Part shown: positions 18,199 to 27,491 of the stretch, one piece after another | Layout of the letters: each line of letters starts with the position of its first letter | Numbering within the stretch: the first letter of the stretch is position 1 | Origin: a virus | Virus record (IMG/VR): IMGVR_UViG_3300045988_176633 | Strand: one strand, 5' to 3' | DNA: 64,000 bases | Position numbers and translations under genes: made by a program | The notes under the pieces: generated by a model | The model's input: the letters and a program-made list of their open reading frames with translations, nothing else | The model's database searches: none | What the model was told of the DNA's origin: nothing

Positions 18199-18740
18199 TT
18201 TTCAACAATGATTAGTTCACTTGCGTATGGAAGTGATTCAATCCATTCACAAAACTCATGCCATACTGGCAATCTATGATTTCGTCTCTGAAAATAGATC
18301 CTACGTAAAGTCTGGTAAGAAAAACAATCGATTGTTTTTTGGATCTTACCACTCGGTATTTCGTCTTTTGTTTTCATAAGTTCTTCTCCATTCAACCCCT
18401 TACAATCAATATGCATCGTAGATTCAGAACTTAATCTTTCTCGACCAACCCTATATGTTTCAAGCTCCCGATAAAACCAAATAGGTGCTTCAATCGAGGC
18501 GTAAACTTGAAGCCCTCGAATTGCCTTAGCATGTTCATCACCTCTCTTGACAAGAGTAGACATTAATGTTAAATCCTTTGGATCAATGCTAATAGAACTT
18601 TGGAAAAGAATGTTGTTGTTCGTTGATACCTGCCAATCTGCTTTACTTCTCATCTCTTTGCCAAAAGGCAATCTCAACGCTGCTAAAACACTTGCAAATC
18701 CAGCGATTTCTAAAGTTGAAACTTTAAATCTAGTACTCAT
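18195..18740 (-). CDS. thyX: ThyX-family (flavin-dependent thymidylate synthase-like) protein with a divergent signature
   Basis: GDEHAKAIRGLQVYASIEAPIWFYRELETYRVGRERLSSESTMH aligns to the ThyX EH...RHRxxSxxxxSxRY block, but RHR is replaced by YRV. The C-terminal LRRIYFQRRNHRLPVWHEF is ThyX-like. Only 181 aa. Confidence 0.5.
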   Translation of the reverse strand: MSTRFKVSTLEIAGFASVLAALRLPFGKEMRSKADWQVSTNNNILFQSSISIDPKDLTLMSTLVKRGDEHAKAIRGLQVYASIEAPIWFYRELETYRVGRERLSSESTMHIDCKGLNGEELMKTKDEIPSGKIQKTIDCFSYQTLRRIYFQRRNHRLPVWHEFCEWIESLPYASELIIVEK

Positions 18741-19047
18741 TTTCTTTGATTGATTTTAATTTGACATATTGATCGTGACTAAATGAAAAATCTTTCTTTG
18801 GTAAATTATTCCAACGAGCTTCTAGTGAAGCCTTGTTTACATCCAACCCTAAAGAAATTTGTAGATTCTCCACAATAAGAGTGATATCTCTTGCACCTAT
18901 AACTTCATTTTCAAAAAAATCACGGGATTTAGGTTTGAATGAATCGAGTGTAAAAACTTTAATCTCTCCAAAGAAATCTACAACTAAAACTTGAGCCTTG
19001 AATAAATTAACAAAACTCCAACTTTTCTCAATAATTTCCTGATTCAT
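18730..19047 (-). CDS. hypothetical protein (105 aa)
   Basis: ATG ORF 20 nt downstream of palindromic motif 3. Confidence 0.45.
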   Translation of the reverse strand: MNQEIIEKSWSFVNLFKAQVLVVDFFGEIKVFTLDSFKPKSRDFFENEVIGARDITLIVENLQISLGLDVNKASLEARWNNLPKKDFSFSHDQYVKLKSIKENEY

Positions 19048-19067
19048 ATCGTTTTATGTTTTTCTAA

Positions 19068-19086
19068 AGATACAAACATTTTATCT
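19068..19086 (-). promoter_or_regulatory. palindromic intergenic motif, copy 3
   Basis: agatacaa-aca-ttttatct, with one arm mismatch. Overlaps the stop of the upstream ORF. Confidence 0.45.
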
Positions 19087-19410
19087 TCCAAAGAACTTAT
19101 CTATCGCTTTTTTTCGATAAAACTCTTTCTTTTCTATAGCCCCATCTTTTTTATTATAAATATCAGCACGCTTTTTCAACATTGTTGTTTTTTGTTGAAG
19201 ACTCATACCAGCAAACTCTCCGATCGCTATCTCAGGTACTTTTTTAGAAAGTGTCTCTGAAAAAGAATATTGTTTGCCACAAGCTGGACATTTAGGAATG
19301 TTTCCTGGAAATAATTTTCCTTCTTTAAAAACATAGGAGATTTTATGTGGAAGCACTGTTTCTCCATGTTTTTCACACGATTCATTATTACAATAATAAA
19401 TTAATGCCAT
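19081..19410 (-). CDS. hypothetical zinc-ribbon protein
   Basis: CNNESC...CPACGK. Confidence 0.45.
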   Translation of the reverse strand: MALIYYCNNESCEKHGETVLPHKISYVFKEGKLFPGNIPKCPACGKQYSFSETLSKKVPEIAIGEFAGMSLQQKTTMLKKRADIYNKKDGAIEKKEFYRKKAIDKFFGR

Positions 19411-19412
19411 AT

Positions 19413-19595
19413 TTATCCTCCTTTCTTTAAATCAAAAATTAACCTTTGACAATCGTTTAATTTAGCTTGCAACCAAATGATCTTGTCTTTCTCTTCTTTT
19501 GAAAGATCATTACAAGTCTTTGTTGTATATTGTAACAAATCAACACTACTTTTAATTTGATCATCGATCAAATGAATAACACTTTCCTTCTTCAT
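19413..19595 (-). CDS. hypothetical protein (60 aa)
   Basis: ATG ORF. No motif. Confidence 0.35.
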   Translation of the reverse strand: MKKESVIHLIDDQIKSSVDLLQYTTKTCNDLSKEEKDKIIWLQAKLNDCQRLIFDLKKGG

Positions 19596-19597
19596 GA

Positions 19598-20098
19598 TTA
19601 CAATTTTTTTCTTCGTGCATATTCAGCGATTAACAAACCATCAAAATCCGTATGATAATTAGAGTCTAATGTAGGAAATAACCTACATCCTATATCATGA
19701 GATGCTTTCTTCAACTCTTCAGAACCTTTGATACCTTTAGGTAGGAGTTCCTTTTGCCATTCTTTAGAATCTATGAATTGATAAGGTAAATTTAACATCT
19801 CAAGTGTTATTAATGTAGCTTCTAATGCTCTTAAAGCAGATGTAGTTGCAACAAAACGTGTAGGATTAACCATTGGTCTTTCTACTAAGACAAATGGAAT
19901 TATATCTTCTCCTTTCTGATAAAGTTCAAGTTCCTCCTTCAAGAGTACTCCGTTAATTCTTGTAATATTTTTTTTGGCTTTTGTATAATCCTGCTGTTTA
20001 ATGATAGGAGTTTTCCAAAAGCTAACCTCTGATTTATCTTCGGCTATTATACCAATAGATCCTGTCACACCATTGTCAATTCCAATATAATATCTCAT
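19598..20098 (-). CDS. RuvC-like Holliday junction resolvase
   Basis: N-terminal YIGIDNGVTGSIGII (RNase H-fold first Asp). C-terminal DGLLIAEYARR resembles the RuvC DAxAIA motif. Confidence 0.6.
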   Translation of the reverse strand: MRYYIGIDNGVTGSIGIIAEDKSEVSFWKTPIIKQQDYTKAKKNITRINGVLLKEELELYQKGEDIIPFVLVERPMVNPTRFVATTSALRALEATLITLEMLNLPYQFIDSKEWQKELLPKGIKGSEELKKASHDIGCRLFPTLDSNYHTDFDGLLIAEYARRKKL

Positions 20099-23000
20099 TG
20101 TGATACAATTTTACTTACACCATCTTTTTTACGAATTCTCAGAACTTTACATTTTTCCAAATAGGATCCATCTAATACATGAGTAGTAACTAACACTGGG
20201 AATTTCAACATTGAATCCAATGCTTCTACCATATCAAATAGACCTTCTTTAGAAAGACCTTCAGTTACTTCATCAAATGATATAAATTCTAGACCACCGT
20301 ATGGATTCGTAGAATTAATCATTTGTTGAAATGCTATAATCGTAGCAACTTCTACTTTCGCTCTTTCACCACCACTATAATACCAGAACGACTCAGCTTC
20401 GTCTCGAATGACATAAGGAGTGATTTCATCTTTTCGATTCCCTTTAGAATCTTGTTTGAAAGCCTCAACGATTAAACGAAGGTCACTGTTTTCTTTTTCT
20501 AGGATCTTATTCGCTCTATTTTGTATATTTTTGACTTGTTCTGCAGCAAGATACATCTTGAAATCCTTAAATCGATTGACCCATCGATCTTTTTCAATCA
20601 CTTGCACAGAAAGCTCATCGACCTCCTTTTGTTTGGATTCGATTTGCTCCTGAAAAAGACTTATATCTTTATTCAGACTATCGATCAATGATTGATTGAT
20701 TTCGCTTTTTGTTTCACGAACTTCTTCGATCTTTTCCTTTAAAGAAGAAATCTTTTGATTTTCTTCTGAGATCTTTTGATTCAAACTATCAATTTCTAAG
20801 ATCTTACTCTTTTTAATCCTTTCTTTTTCAAAAACTGTGGTTTCTAATTCAGAGATCCTTTTTTTGATTTTCCTTGTTGAATCTAGTATAGAATTGATAC
20901 TATCTTCTGCTTCACTTTTAAGACCAAAAAGTTCGGTTAATACTTCTTCGTATTCTATGAGCTCCTTATTCACTTCTTCTTCAGAATGAATACAATCTTT
21001 CTCTTCTTCTCCTAACTTCTTCTTCTTTTTCTCTTCTTCCTCTAAAGTCGTATCTTTTAACGTTAAGAACTTATACTTACATTTTGGACAAGTTATAGTT
21101 CCAGACAAATTGATAAGGATTACTCTCAATTGTTTCCTAATCTCGCCTCTTTTCGCTTCAATTATCTCTTGTTTTTCTAACAAGATCTTTTGACCTTCAT
21201 TTGTTTTAGCTAGTTCTTCTTTGATCAACTTCAAGTTTTCCTCCTCTTCTTCAATAGAAGGGATCTTTTCTAATTCTAAATTAGTTACAGAAATCATTTT
21301 TTTAGAACTCTTTATTTCTTTATCTAATTTAGAATTTTGTTCTTCAAGAAAATTCCTCTTTTTCTCCCAAGAATCAATGATATCGTATTTTTCGTTTATC
21401 TCTTTCTCAAGAGCACTAATCCTTATTTCTTTCTCTTTTTCAAAATCACGACTTGTCTCTTTGTCAATGTTCTGCATTTGAACTTCTAATTTACCCTGTA
21501 AAGAGTAAATATCGTTTTCCAATAAACGTTTTTCAGCGTTTAATTTTGTTATCTCTTTAGAAATAATATCTTTTACACCATCCAACTTATTAAAGTTGAT
21601 AAACCGTGAAATCAATGCTAAACGATCTATATTAGATGCTTTAAAGAAAGATTTATAGTATTCCTTACAAATGATAAAATAGTTCCTCAAATCTTCGGCA
21701 CTGATACCGATCCATTTTAAAATAAAATCATTCCCATCTTTAACAGTGGCATAAGATACATCCTTATCATTGATCTTAATGGTTAATTTACTACTGGATT
21801 TCAACGGAAGTACCCTATCGATATACAATGTTTCGTTTCTCATGGGACACCATATTTCAATATGAGTCCTAGCTTCTTTTTCTCCTCTTCGAATCAACTT
21901 TTTATCCGACGATCCTCTTAGACTACTTCCTATTAAAGAGTAATAAAAGATCTGTTGGATTGAAGAATTGTGGGTAACAACAAAATTGTTAGTCAAGAAA
22001 AGACCATCTTTATTAGAGACTTCAATACACTGCATTTCTTTTTTACCAACGTATTCAATCGATACGATTCTTCGATTAATACAATTCATCTTTTTTCCTT
22101 GTAAAGATCTTTCTTTTTTTCTACTTAAATGAAAAAGATTTAAACCTTTAGGTGGTACAATTCTTAAACGATAATGATCCTTACATTCAATATATTGACC
22201 ATCTTTTTTATAACCAGATTTCATCTTCGTTATTTTATGACAAAGACATCCGAGACTTCGAGCGACAAAAGCTACATCTTCAATAAGTTGCTTCGAAATT
22301 AAAGCGAGTTCGATCAAACCCTTTTTATCAACATACCCATCGGTATCTAAAATCCCTCGCAACAACTCTAATCGTATTTCACGATCATTAAAAATATAAT
22401 CTTTAGGAATGAATTTAGTCTCTGAATCTTGAAGATATAAATTGTATGTTTTCAACAAAGTCATCATCGAATCACAATCGTTATCCTTACTTCCTTGAAT
22501 TCTATAATTACAATTATTTTGTTTCTTCAAATATAAACCTTGAGGAAGTTTATCTTGAAACCTATTTAGAATCTCATCGTCCTTTGAAGTAAAAAGAATT
22601 GTTCGACTTTGACTATAGTAAGATTTTGAATAACCTTTAATTTTACATCCCAATGTTCCATCTCCAAGTAGACAGCCCAAAACATATGGATCGATTAAAA
22701 TATCTTTGTGATTATATTCTATCTTTTCTACAGTTGGTATCCTATATCGATAAGGTTTGCTTGTCCCACAATCACATCGAATAGATTGTTTCATTATATC
22801 TTTCAAATTTACAACTTTCCAATTTTGTGGAGTGTAACAACTAGCAACTTTCCAAAGATGCTCATCGTTACATTCAACTTCTGTGCCGTCGTTGAAAGTA
22901 ATCCTATAACAATCAATAATCCCTTGTGGAGCTGTAGCAACGACACTTTGTTCTTTTCCATTGAAACCTAGAATTTTATCTCCTATTTTTATATCTCTCA

Positions 23001-23184
23001 TCTTAATTGATCCTGTTATAGTCATAATATCAGAATCAAGAGAAAGAGCTTTACCACTACCATTTGAACCTTGGTCTTCTTCTGTGAGATTTTCACCGAC
23101 CAAAGTTACAACCCTATCCTCGAATTCATAATCGAAATCTTTGAACGATAGGAAGTTACTCGCTGTCATCCTTATTGGTTTCAT
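20095..23184 (-). CDS. sbcC: SbcC/Rad50-like recombination ATPase, intein-containing precursor
   Basis: Walker A GSNGSGK|..|SS is split by the intein. Long coiled coils with a CPKC zinc hook. Signature YSGGERAK and Walker B FISFDEV. Confidence 0.8.
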   Translation of the reverse strand: MKPIRMTASNFLSFKDFDYEFEDRVVTLVGENLTEEDQGSNGSGKALSLDSDIMTITGSIKMRDIKIGDKILGFNGKEQSVVATAPQGIIDCYRITFNDGTEVECNDEHLWKVASCYTPQNWKVVNLKDIMKQSIRCDCGTSKPYRYRIPTVEKIEYNHKDILIDPYVLGCLLGDGTLGCKIKGYSKSYYSQSRTILFTSKDDEILNRFQDKLPQGLYLKKQNNCNYRIQGSKDNDCDSMMTLLKTYNLYLQDSETKFIPKDYIFNDREIRLELLRGILDTDGYVDKKGLIELALISKQLIEDVAFVARSLGCLCHKITKMKSGYKKDGQYIECKDHYRLRIVPPKGLNLFHLSRKKERSLQGKKMNCINRRIVSIEYVGKKEMQCIEVSNKDGLFLTNNFVVTHNSSIQQIFYYSLIGSSLRGSSDKKLIRRGEKEARTHIEIWCPMRNETLYIDRVLPLKSSSKLTIKINDKDVSYATVKDGNDFILKWIGISAEDLRNYFIICKEYYKSFFKASNIDRLALISRFINFNKLDGVKDIISKEITKLNAEKRLLENDIYSLQGKLEVQMQNIDKETSRDFEKEKEIRISALEKEINEKYDIIDSWEKKRNFLEEQNSKLDKEIKSSKKMISVTNLELEKIPSIEEEEENLKLIKEELAKTNEGQKILLEKQEIIEAKRGEIRKQLRVILINLSGTITCPKCKYKFLTLKDTTLEEEEKKKKKLGEEEKDCIHSEEEVNKELIEYEEVLTELFGLKSEAEDSINSILDSTRKIKKRISELETTVFEKERIKKSKILEIDSLNQKISEENQKISSLKEKIEEVRETKSEINQSLIDSLNKDISLFQEQIESKQKEVDELSVQVIEKDRWVNRFKDFKMYLAAEQVKNIQNRANKILEKENSDLRLIVEAFKQDSKGNRKDEITPYVIRDEAESFWYYSGGERAKVEVATIIAFQQMINSTNPYGGLEFISFDEVTEGLSKEGLFDMVEALDSMLKFPVLVTTHVLDGSYLEKCKVLRIRKKDGVSKIVSQ
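21967..23049 (-). mobile_element. class 3-type intein (361 aa, Ala1) with a LAGLIDADG endonuclease, in the SbcC P-loop
   Basis: Starts ALSLDSDIMT and ends VVTHN followed by +1 Ser. Block B is GTEVECNDEHLW (W at B:12). Block F is EMQCIEV (Cys at F:4). Thr precedes HN. LAGLIDADG motifs are YVLGCLLGDGTL and LLRGILDTDGYV. Confidence 0.8.
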
Positions 23185-24145
23185 GATATTTTTCTAAAGT
23201 TGTTTCTTTTAAATCTTCAAATAACTCTTTATCATTCTCAAGATATTCTCGAGTCTGAGCAAGTCCTTGTCCAATACGAAAATCACCGTAATAATACCAA
23301 GCACCTTTCTTTGAACAAACATTCAAATCAATAGCTAAGTTAAGAATCTCTTGAATCTTATCAAATCCAATGCCAAAACGTAGGGATAAGTCGCACTTCT
23401 TGAAAGGTTTAGCAACTTTATTCTTTTTCACAGAGATACGAGTCTTATTAGCCGTCACTTCTTCTCCTTCTTTTTCACTTCCAATCCTAGACATTTCAAC
23501 TCGCTGAGAGGCATAGAATTTAAGGGCTTTTCCTCCTGGTGTTGTAGTTGTTGCCCCACCAAATCCAAAGCCACCTCCAACTTTCTCTCGAATTTGATTA
23601 ATGCAGAATAAAATACATCCATTTTTCTTACAAATGTTTTTCAAAACGTTTAATTGCGAAGACATTAATCGAGCCACCAACGCTACTTTTGCATCACCAG
23701 CTTCTCCTTGTAAGACCGCTTTAGGAACGAGGCCAGCCACAGAATCTAATACCACTAAACCAATCGCTGGTTCTTCACACATTTCTCGTACGATTTCCAA
23801 CGCTTGCTCTGCATCATCTGGTTGACTTAGAATCCATTTATCCTCACTCATATCAACGCCAAGTGATTGAATATAATCAGGATCCATAGCTTGTTCTACA
23901 TCAACATAACCTACAGCTTTCCCAAGTTTCTGGACTTCTGCTGCAACATGAATCGCAGCAGTTGTCTTACCACAAGATTCTGCTCCATACACTTCTATGA
24001 TCCTACCTATAGCCCATCCTCCTCCAAGTGCTTCGTCTAATAGCACAGAACCAGAATGGATAAATTGGACTTTATCATTACCTCTTGAAACAGCTTCTTT
24101 ACCGAAACGCTTTTCAATCTTTCCTACTACATCTTTTACTGACAT
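23156..24145 (-). CDS. recA: RecA recombinase
   Basis: GRIIEVYGAESCGKTT, VVLDSVAGLVP and FCINQIREKVG. Confidence 0.9.
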   Translation of the reverse strand: MSVKDVVGKIEKRFGKEAVSRGNDKVQFIHSGSVLLDEALGGGWAIGRIIEVYGAESCGKTTAAIHVAAEVQKLGKAVGYVDVEQAMDPDYIQSLGVDMSEDKWILSQPDDAEQALEIVREMCEEPAIGLVVLDSVAGLVPKAVLQGEAGDAKVALVARLMSSQLNVLKNICKKNGCILFCINQIREKVGGGFGFGGATTTTPGGKALKFYASQRVEMSRIGSEKEGEEVTANKTRISVKKNKVAKPFKKCDLSLRFGIGFDKIQEILNLAIDLNVCSKKGAWYYYGDFRIGQGLAQTREYLENDKELFEDLKETTLEKYHETNKDDSE

Positions 24146-25173
24146 AAAACTTGTTTTAAAATTGATAAACCTTCTTCGTATCTATAATCATTCTCATTAC
24201 AAAACTCTTTGAATTTCTCAACAATATCACTATCTGACAACTTTTCAACCTTCTCATTTACAGCGATATCAATAGATAGTTCCACATCTTTGTGTTTCTT
24301 TTTGAAATCAATACCTAAATCACTATATTCAGATTTATCAAAAGATTCAAGAGTTGAAGACTTGCCCCACAATTCAATCCTTAGACGGGAATTTGGATTA
24401 TCTTCTTTGATTTTTCTCAAAGTCGCTTTTAATTGTTTAGGCGGTATATTGTCTAAGTCTAATCGCTCTTTTTTGAAAACATTCCCATTCTTACTTTTTA
24501 AAAGCTCTACAGTGCAATCATCATATAACATCCAGAAACCCTTAGACTCATCTTCTCCAAAATTATTTTGTTGTAACGATCCTAGATGAAAAATATTCGA
24601 ACCTACCTGTTGATAATCATGATAATGACCAAGATACACCTTTTTAAAATCTTTAAAACTAGAAGGTTTTATATTATTTTCAACGACACTTCTATCATTA
24701 TTTCGACTACCTGCAACAGCAAAATGTCCAAATAAGACATCAATACCTTCAATCTTTGGAAAATCCAAAATGTACTCGTTTAATATATCATCAGTAAAAA
24801 AAGGCAGAAAGAGGCATTTTAATTCATTTACCCATCTTATATCGAGATCGTTAATGAGATCAAACGAAGGATGATACTTATAAGCATCAAGAAAAGAATC
24901 TGTTTTATTATAATCTGTTTTATCGTGATTTCCTACGATCGCAAGAATATTATGACCTCTTTTATCATACTTTTCAATAATAGATGTTAAACCATTTAAA
25001 ACATCCATTTTTTGACTAATACGATTGTCAAAAATATCTCCTAACCAGATATGAGTCTTTATTCCTGCATTGCTAGCGATTTCAATCGCTTCTTCGCATA
25101 ATTTTGTGACAGAATCAAGAGTTTCAGGTTTGATATGAAAATCTGTGTAAACAAGAGCTATTGGATTCTTCAT
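24136..25173 (-). CDS. sbcD: SbcD/Mre11-like nuclease
   Basis: Calcineurin-like phosphoesterase motifs YTDFH, LGDIFD, GNHD, GHF and GHYH. Confidence 0.85.
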   Translation of the reverse strand: MKNPIALVYTDFHIKPETLDSVTKLCEEAIEIASNAGIKTHIWLGDIFDNRISQKMDVLNGLTSIIEKYDKRGHNILAIVGNHDKTDYNKTDSFLDAYKYHPSFDLINDLDIRWVNELKCLFLPFFTDDILNEYILDFPKIEGIDVLFGHFAVAGSRNNDRSVVENNIKPSSFKDFKKVYLGHYHDYQQVGSNIFHLGSLQQNNFGEDESKGFWMLYDDCTVELLKSKNGNVFKKERLDLDNIPPKQLKATLRKIKEDNPNSRLRIELWGKSSTLESFDKSEYSDLGIDFKKKHKDVELSIDIAVNEKVEKLSDSDIVEKFKEFCNENDYRYEEGLSILKQVLCQ

Positions 25174-25185
25174 ACGAATTTAATT

Positions 25186-25214
25186 AAAAGGGGACCTAAG
25201 TCCCCTTGTTTTTT
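25186..25214 (-). terminator. intrinsic terminator hairpin (symmetric, flanked by A and T tracts)
   Basis: aaggggac-ctaa-gtcccctt (25188..25207), followed on the - strand by TTTTAATT. Sits immediately after the stop at 25213. Confidence 0.7.
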
Positions 25215-26625
25215 ACTTCTTTGTTAATTTGTTTCTCAAAGCAGAAAGTCTATCGCGAGTACTTGCTAGACTTGAAGAACTAGCTGTTTTACTTTCATCA
25301 ATAGGATCTTCAACCCCATCTTCTGGATCTTCGGTTCCTGCCTCATCTTCTTCATCTGGATCTTCGGCTTCGTCATCGAAAGGAACTGCGTTTGAATCTT
25401 CTTTATACAAATCAAATGGCAATAATTCACCTGCTTGTGCTAAATCATACCAATCACGAAGTTCTACGATTGAAAGATCCGGTAAAGTTTCTGTGCCTTC
25501 GTATTCTCTTTCAATATATTCTTCCAAAAAGGCCTTCAATTTGATCAAAGGAGGGTATTTTTTCACTTCACTAACTTTCGCTGCGGCCGCTGGACGTTGA
25601 ACTGCTGGTTCCGTCTTTTTAGTGGTTGGCTTATTGACTGGTTTAGAAGAAGCTGGACGTCTTTTAGGTGCCTCATCTTCTTCATCTGGATCTTCGGTTT
25701 CGGTTTCATCTTCTGGCAACATACTTGCCATTTCATCAAGTTCATTTAAGAAAGCGTCATCTGCAAAGATATCGTAACCGATTTCCTCATCGAATCTCTT
25801 CAAACCATCAAGAGCCATTTTGAAATCTTTTACACCATAAGAATCAATATATATATCACTTAATGGTGTAAGTTCACTTAACTCTTCCAAAATTTCGTCT
25901 GAAATTGCATTTTCTTCGAAGAATTCTTCCCAAGACTGACTTTTTTTAGGAGTTACTGCTGACAAAGTATAAGTTTTCTTCTTTCCTTTAGAATCTTTAC
26001 CAACAACGATTCTCAATGGATAACCATCATCAACACCTGAGAATACATCCAATGAAAGTGTATCATCCTCTGATTGTTCAACAGAAATCTCCTTCATTCT
26101 TTTCAACCAAGCTGGACGAAGTTGTAACTTACGAATTTCATTTGAATCACTTGGAACAACATATGCTACATAGGCGAGCATTGGATTGATTCCAAAAACC
26201 CACGATCCCTTTACATATCCACCGTTGATCGGAAAAAGATATTTCTCTCTTTCTTTTGCATCTTGGATTTCCTCCTCAGCTTTCTTTTGGACATAAGAAA
26301 TATAAGTTACAATAGGATCTTTGCCCTTCAAAAGATTTGGACCGTGAACATCTGCACAAAAAACATTTGATTCTTTAATTTCAGTTCCAACTTTTTTACC
26401 ATTTTCATCATAATTGATTTTTTCAACTTTCAATTTTGATGTTTTTAAAGGTGCATAGCAGATACCTTTTGTAGAAGGTAAAATCCTGAAAATATTCTCA
26501 CCTTCCACTGGTGAGATAAATTGGGTATAACCACCTTGTGAACCCATAGTGGCATTGACTTTCTTTTCAACTACTGTAATCTCTTCAATACTTGTCTTTT
26601 TGAATTTACTTCTGTCAAATTGCAT
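25213..26625 (-). CDS. acidic-repeat protein, possible ssDNA-binding/recombination accessory protein (function uncertain)
   Basis: 470-aa ORF next to sbcD/recA. The C-terminal half is low-complexity with a duplicated EDPDEEDEA module and a PT/K-rich linker. No diagnostic SSB motif was seen. Confidence 0.3.
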   Translation of the reverse strand: MQFDRSKFKKTSIEEITVVEKKVNATMGSQGGYTQFISPVEGENIFRILPSTKGICYAPLKTSKLKVEKINYDENGKKVGTEIKESNVFCADVHGPNLLKGKDPIVTYISYVQKKAEEEIQDAKEREKYLFPINGGYVKGSWVFGINPMLAYVAYVVPSDSNEIRKLQLRPAWLKRMKEISVEQSEDDTLSLDVFSGVDDGYPLRIVVGKDSKGKKKTYTLSAVTPKKSQSWEEFFEENAISDEILEELSELTPLSDIYIDSYGVKDFKMALDGLKRFDEEIGYDIFADDAFLNELDEMASMLPEDETETEDPDEEDEAPKRRPASSKPVNKPTTKKTEPAVQRPAAAAKVSEVKKYPPLIKLKAFLEEYIEREYEGTETLPDLSIVELRDWYDLAQAGELLPFDLYKEDSNAVPFDDEAEDPDEEDEAGTEDPEDGVEDPIDESKTASSSSLASTRDRLSALRNKLTKK

Positions 26626-26926
26626 AATTCTTGTTTTTAAAAGTTATTTTTATTTTTTGAAACATCTCTTCTTGAATCGTCTTAAATTCTTCTACATAAT
26701 CCTTCAAATTCAAAAACTCTTCTTCGTTTAATTTATACTTTTCATTAAGTTCAAAATCAGGAGCTTTTTTCAAAACTTGTCCTAAATCAAGACCTGATGC
26801 CTTAAACCATTCAACCAACTCTTCCTTACCTTTTCTAATTCCTTTAGAAACTGTATAAAGATCCCAAAGGAATGGAGCTGCTGAACATTGTTCAATAAAC
26901 ACATTATCCGATAAATATATCCTCAT
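26615..26926 (-). CDS. hypothetical protein (103 aa)
   Basis: ATG ORF. No motif. Confidence 0.45.
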   Translation of the reverse strand: MRIYLSDNVFIEQCSAAPFLWDLYTVSKGIRKGKEELVEWFKASGLDLGQVLKKAPDFELNEKYKLNEEEFLNLKDYVEEFKTIQEEMFQKIKITFKNKNYAI

Positions 26927-27453
26927 TATTTCAATTTTTTGATGGTAAATGTATTAATCGTCCCTTCGACTAAATCATTGTAGAACTCCTCTGGAGTCAC
27001 TTTAGGAACCAAGTTGTTTAATTTTCGATCTTTCGATTGAATCGACCAGTACAAAGACTCTATGAAATCAAGATTTTTCTTATGTTCTATAAGATTCTTC
27101 TTCATCTGTTGAAAACCTTCGTCTAATAGGATTAATTCAGATAAAGTTCCTTCAGTGAATTTTATTGTACCATCTTCTAACTTCAACTTACCTCCTTCAA
27201 GAGCTGCCCTTTTTCTCAATCTCTTTTTCAGATTCGCTTCGTAAATATCACATTCTAATTTTCTTGAAGAATAAATAGACTCAGCTTCAGCACGAAGTCC
27301 ACCTATTTTGTTCAATAAGACTGAGCATGTAGCAATCTCTCCATACACATTTGAATGATCTATAGATGTCACTTGATCCATATCAAGTTCATCTATACAA
27401 TCCTTCGAAAGAAGGACGATCATTTTATCTCCTAAATTAATCGCTTGTTTCAT
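26926..27453 (-). CDS. hypothetical protein (175 aa)
   Basis: ATG ORF 15 nt downstream of palindromic motif 4. Confidence 0.45.
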   Translation of the reverse strand: MKQAINLGDKMIVLLSKDCIDELDMDQVTSIDHSNVYGEIATCSVLLNKIGGLRAEAESIYSSRKLECDIYEANLKKRLRKRAALEGGKLKLEDGTIKFTEGTLSELILLDEGFQQMKKNLIEHKKNLDFIESLYWSIQSKDRKLNNLVPKVTPEEFYNDLVEGTINTFTIKKLK

Positions 27454-27471
27454 CTCTTTATTTTTAACTAA

Positions 27472-27490
27472 AGATACAAAGATTTTATCT
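27472..27490 (-). promoter_or_regulatory. palindromic intergenic motif, copy 4
   Basis: agatacaa-aga-ttttatct. Lies 2 nt after the dnaE stop. Confidence 0.45.
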
Positions 27491-27491
27491 A

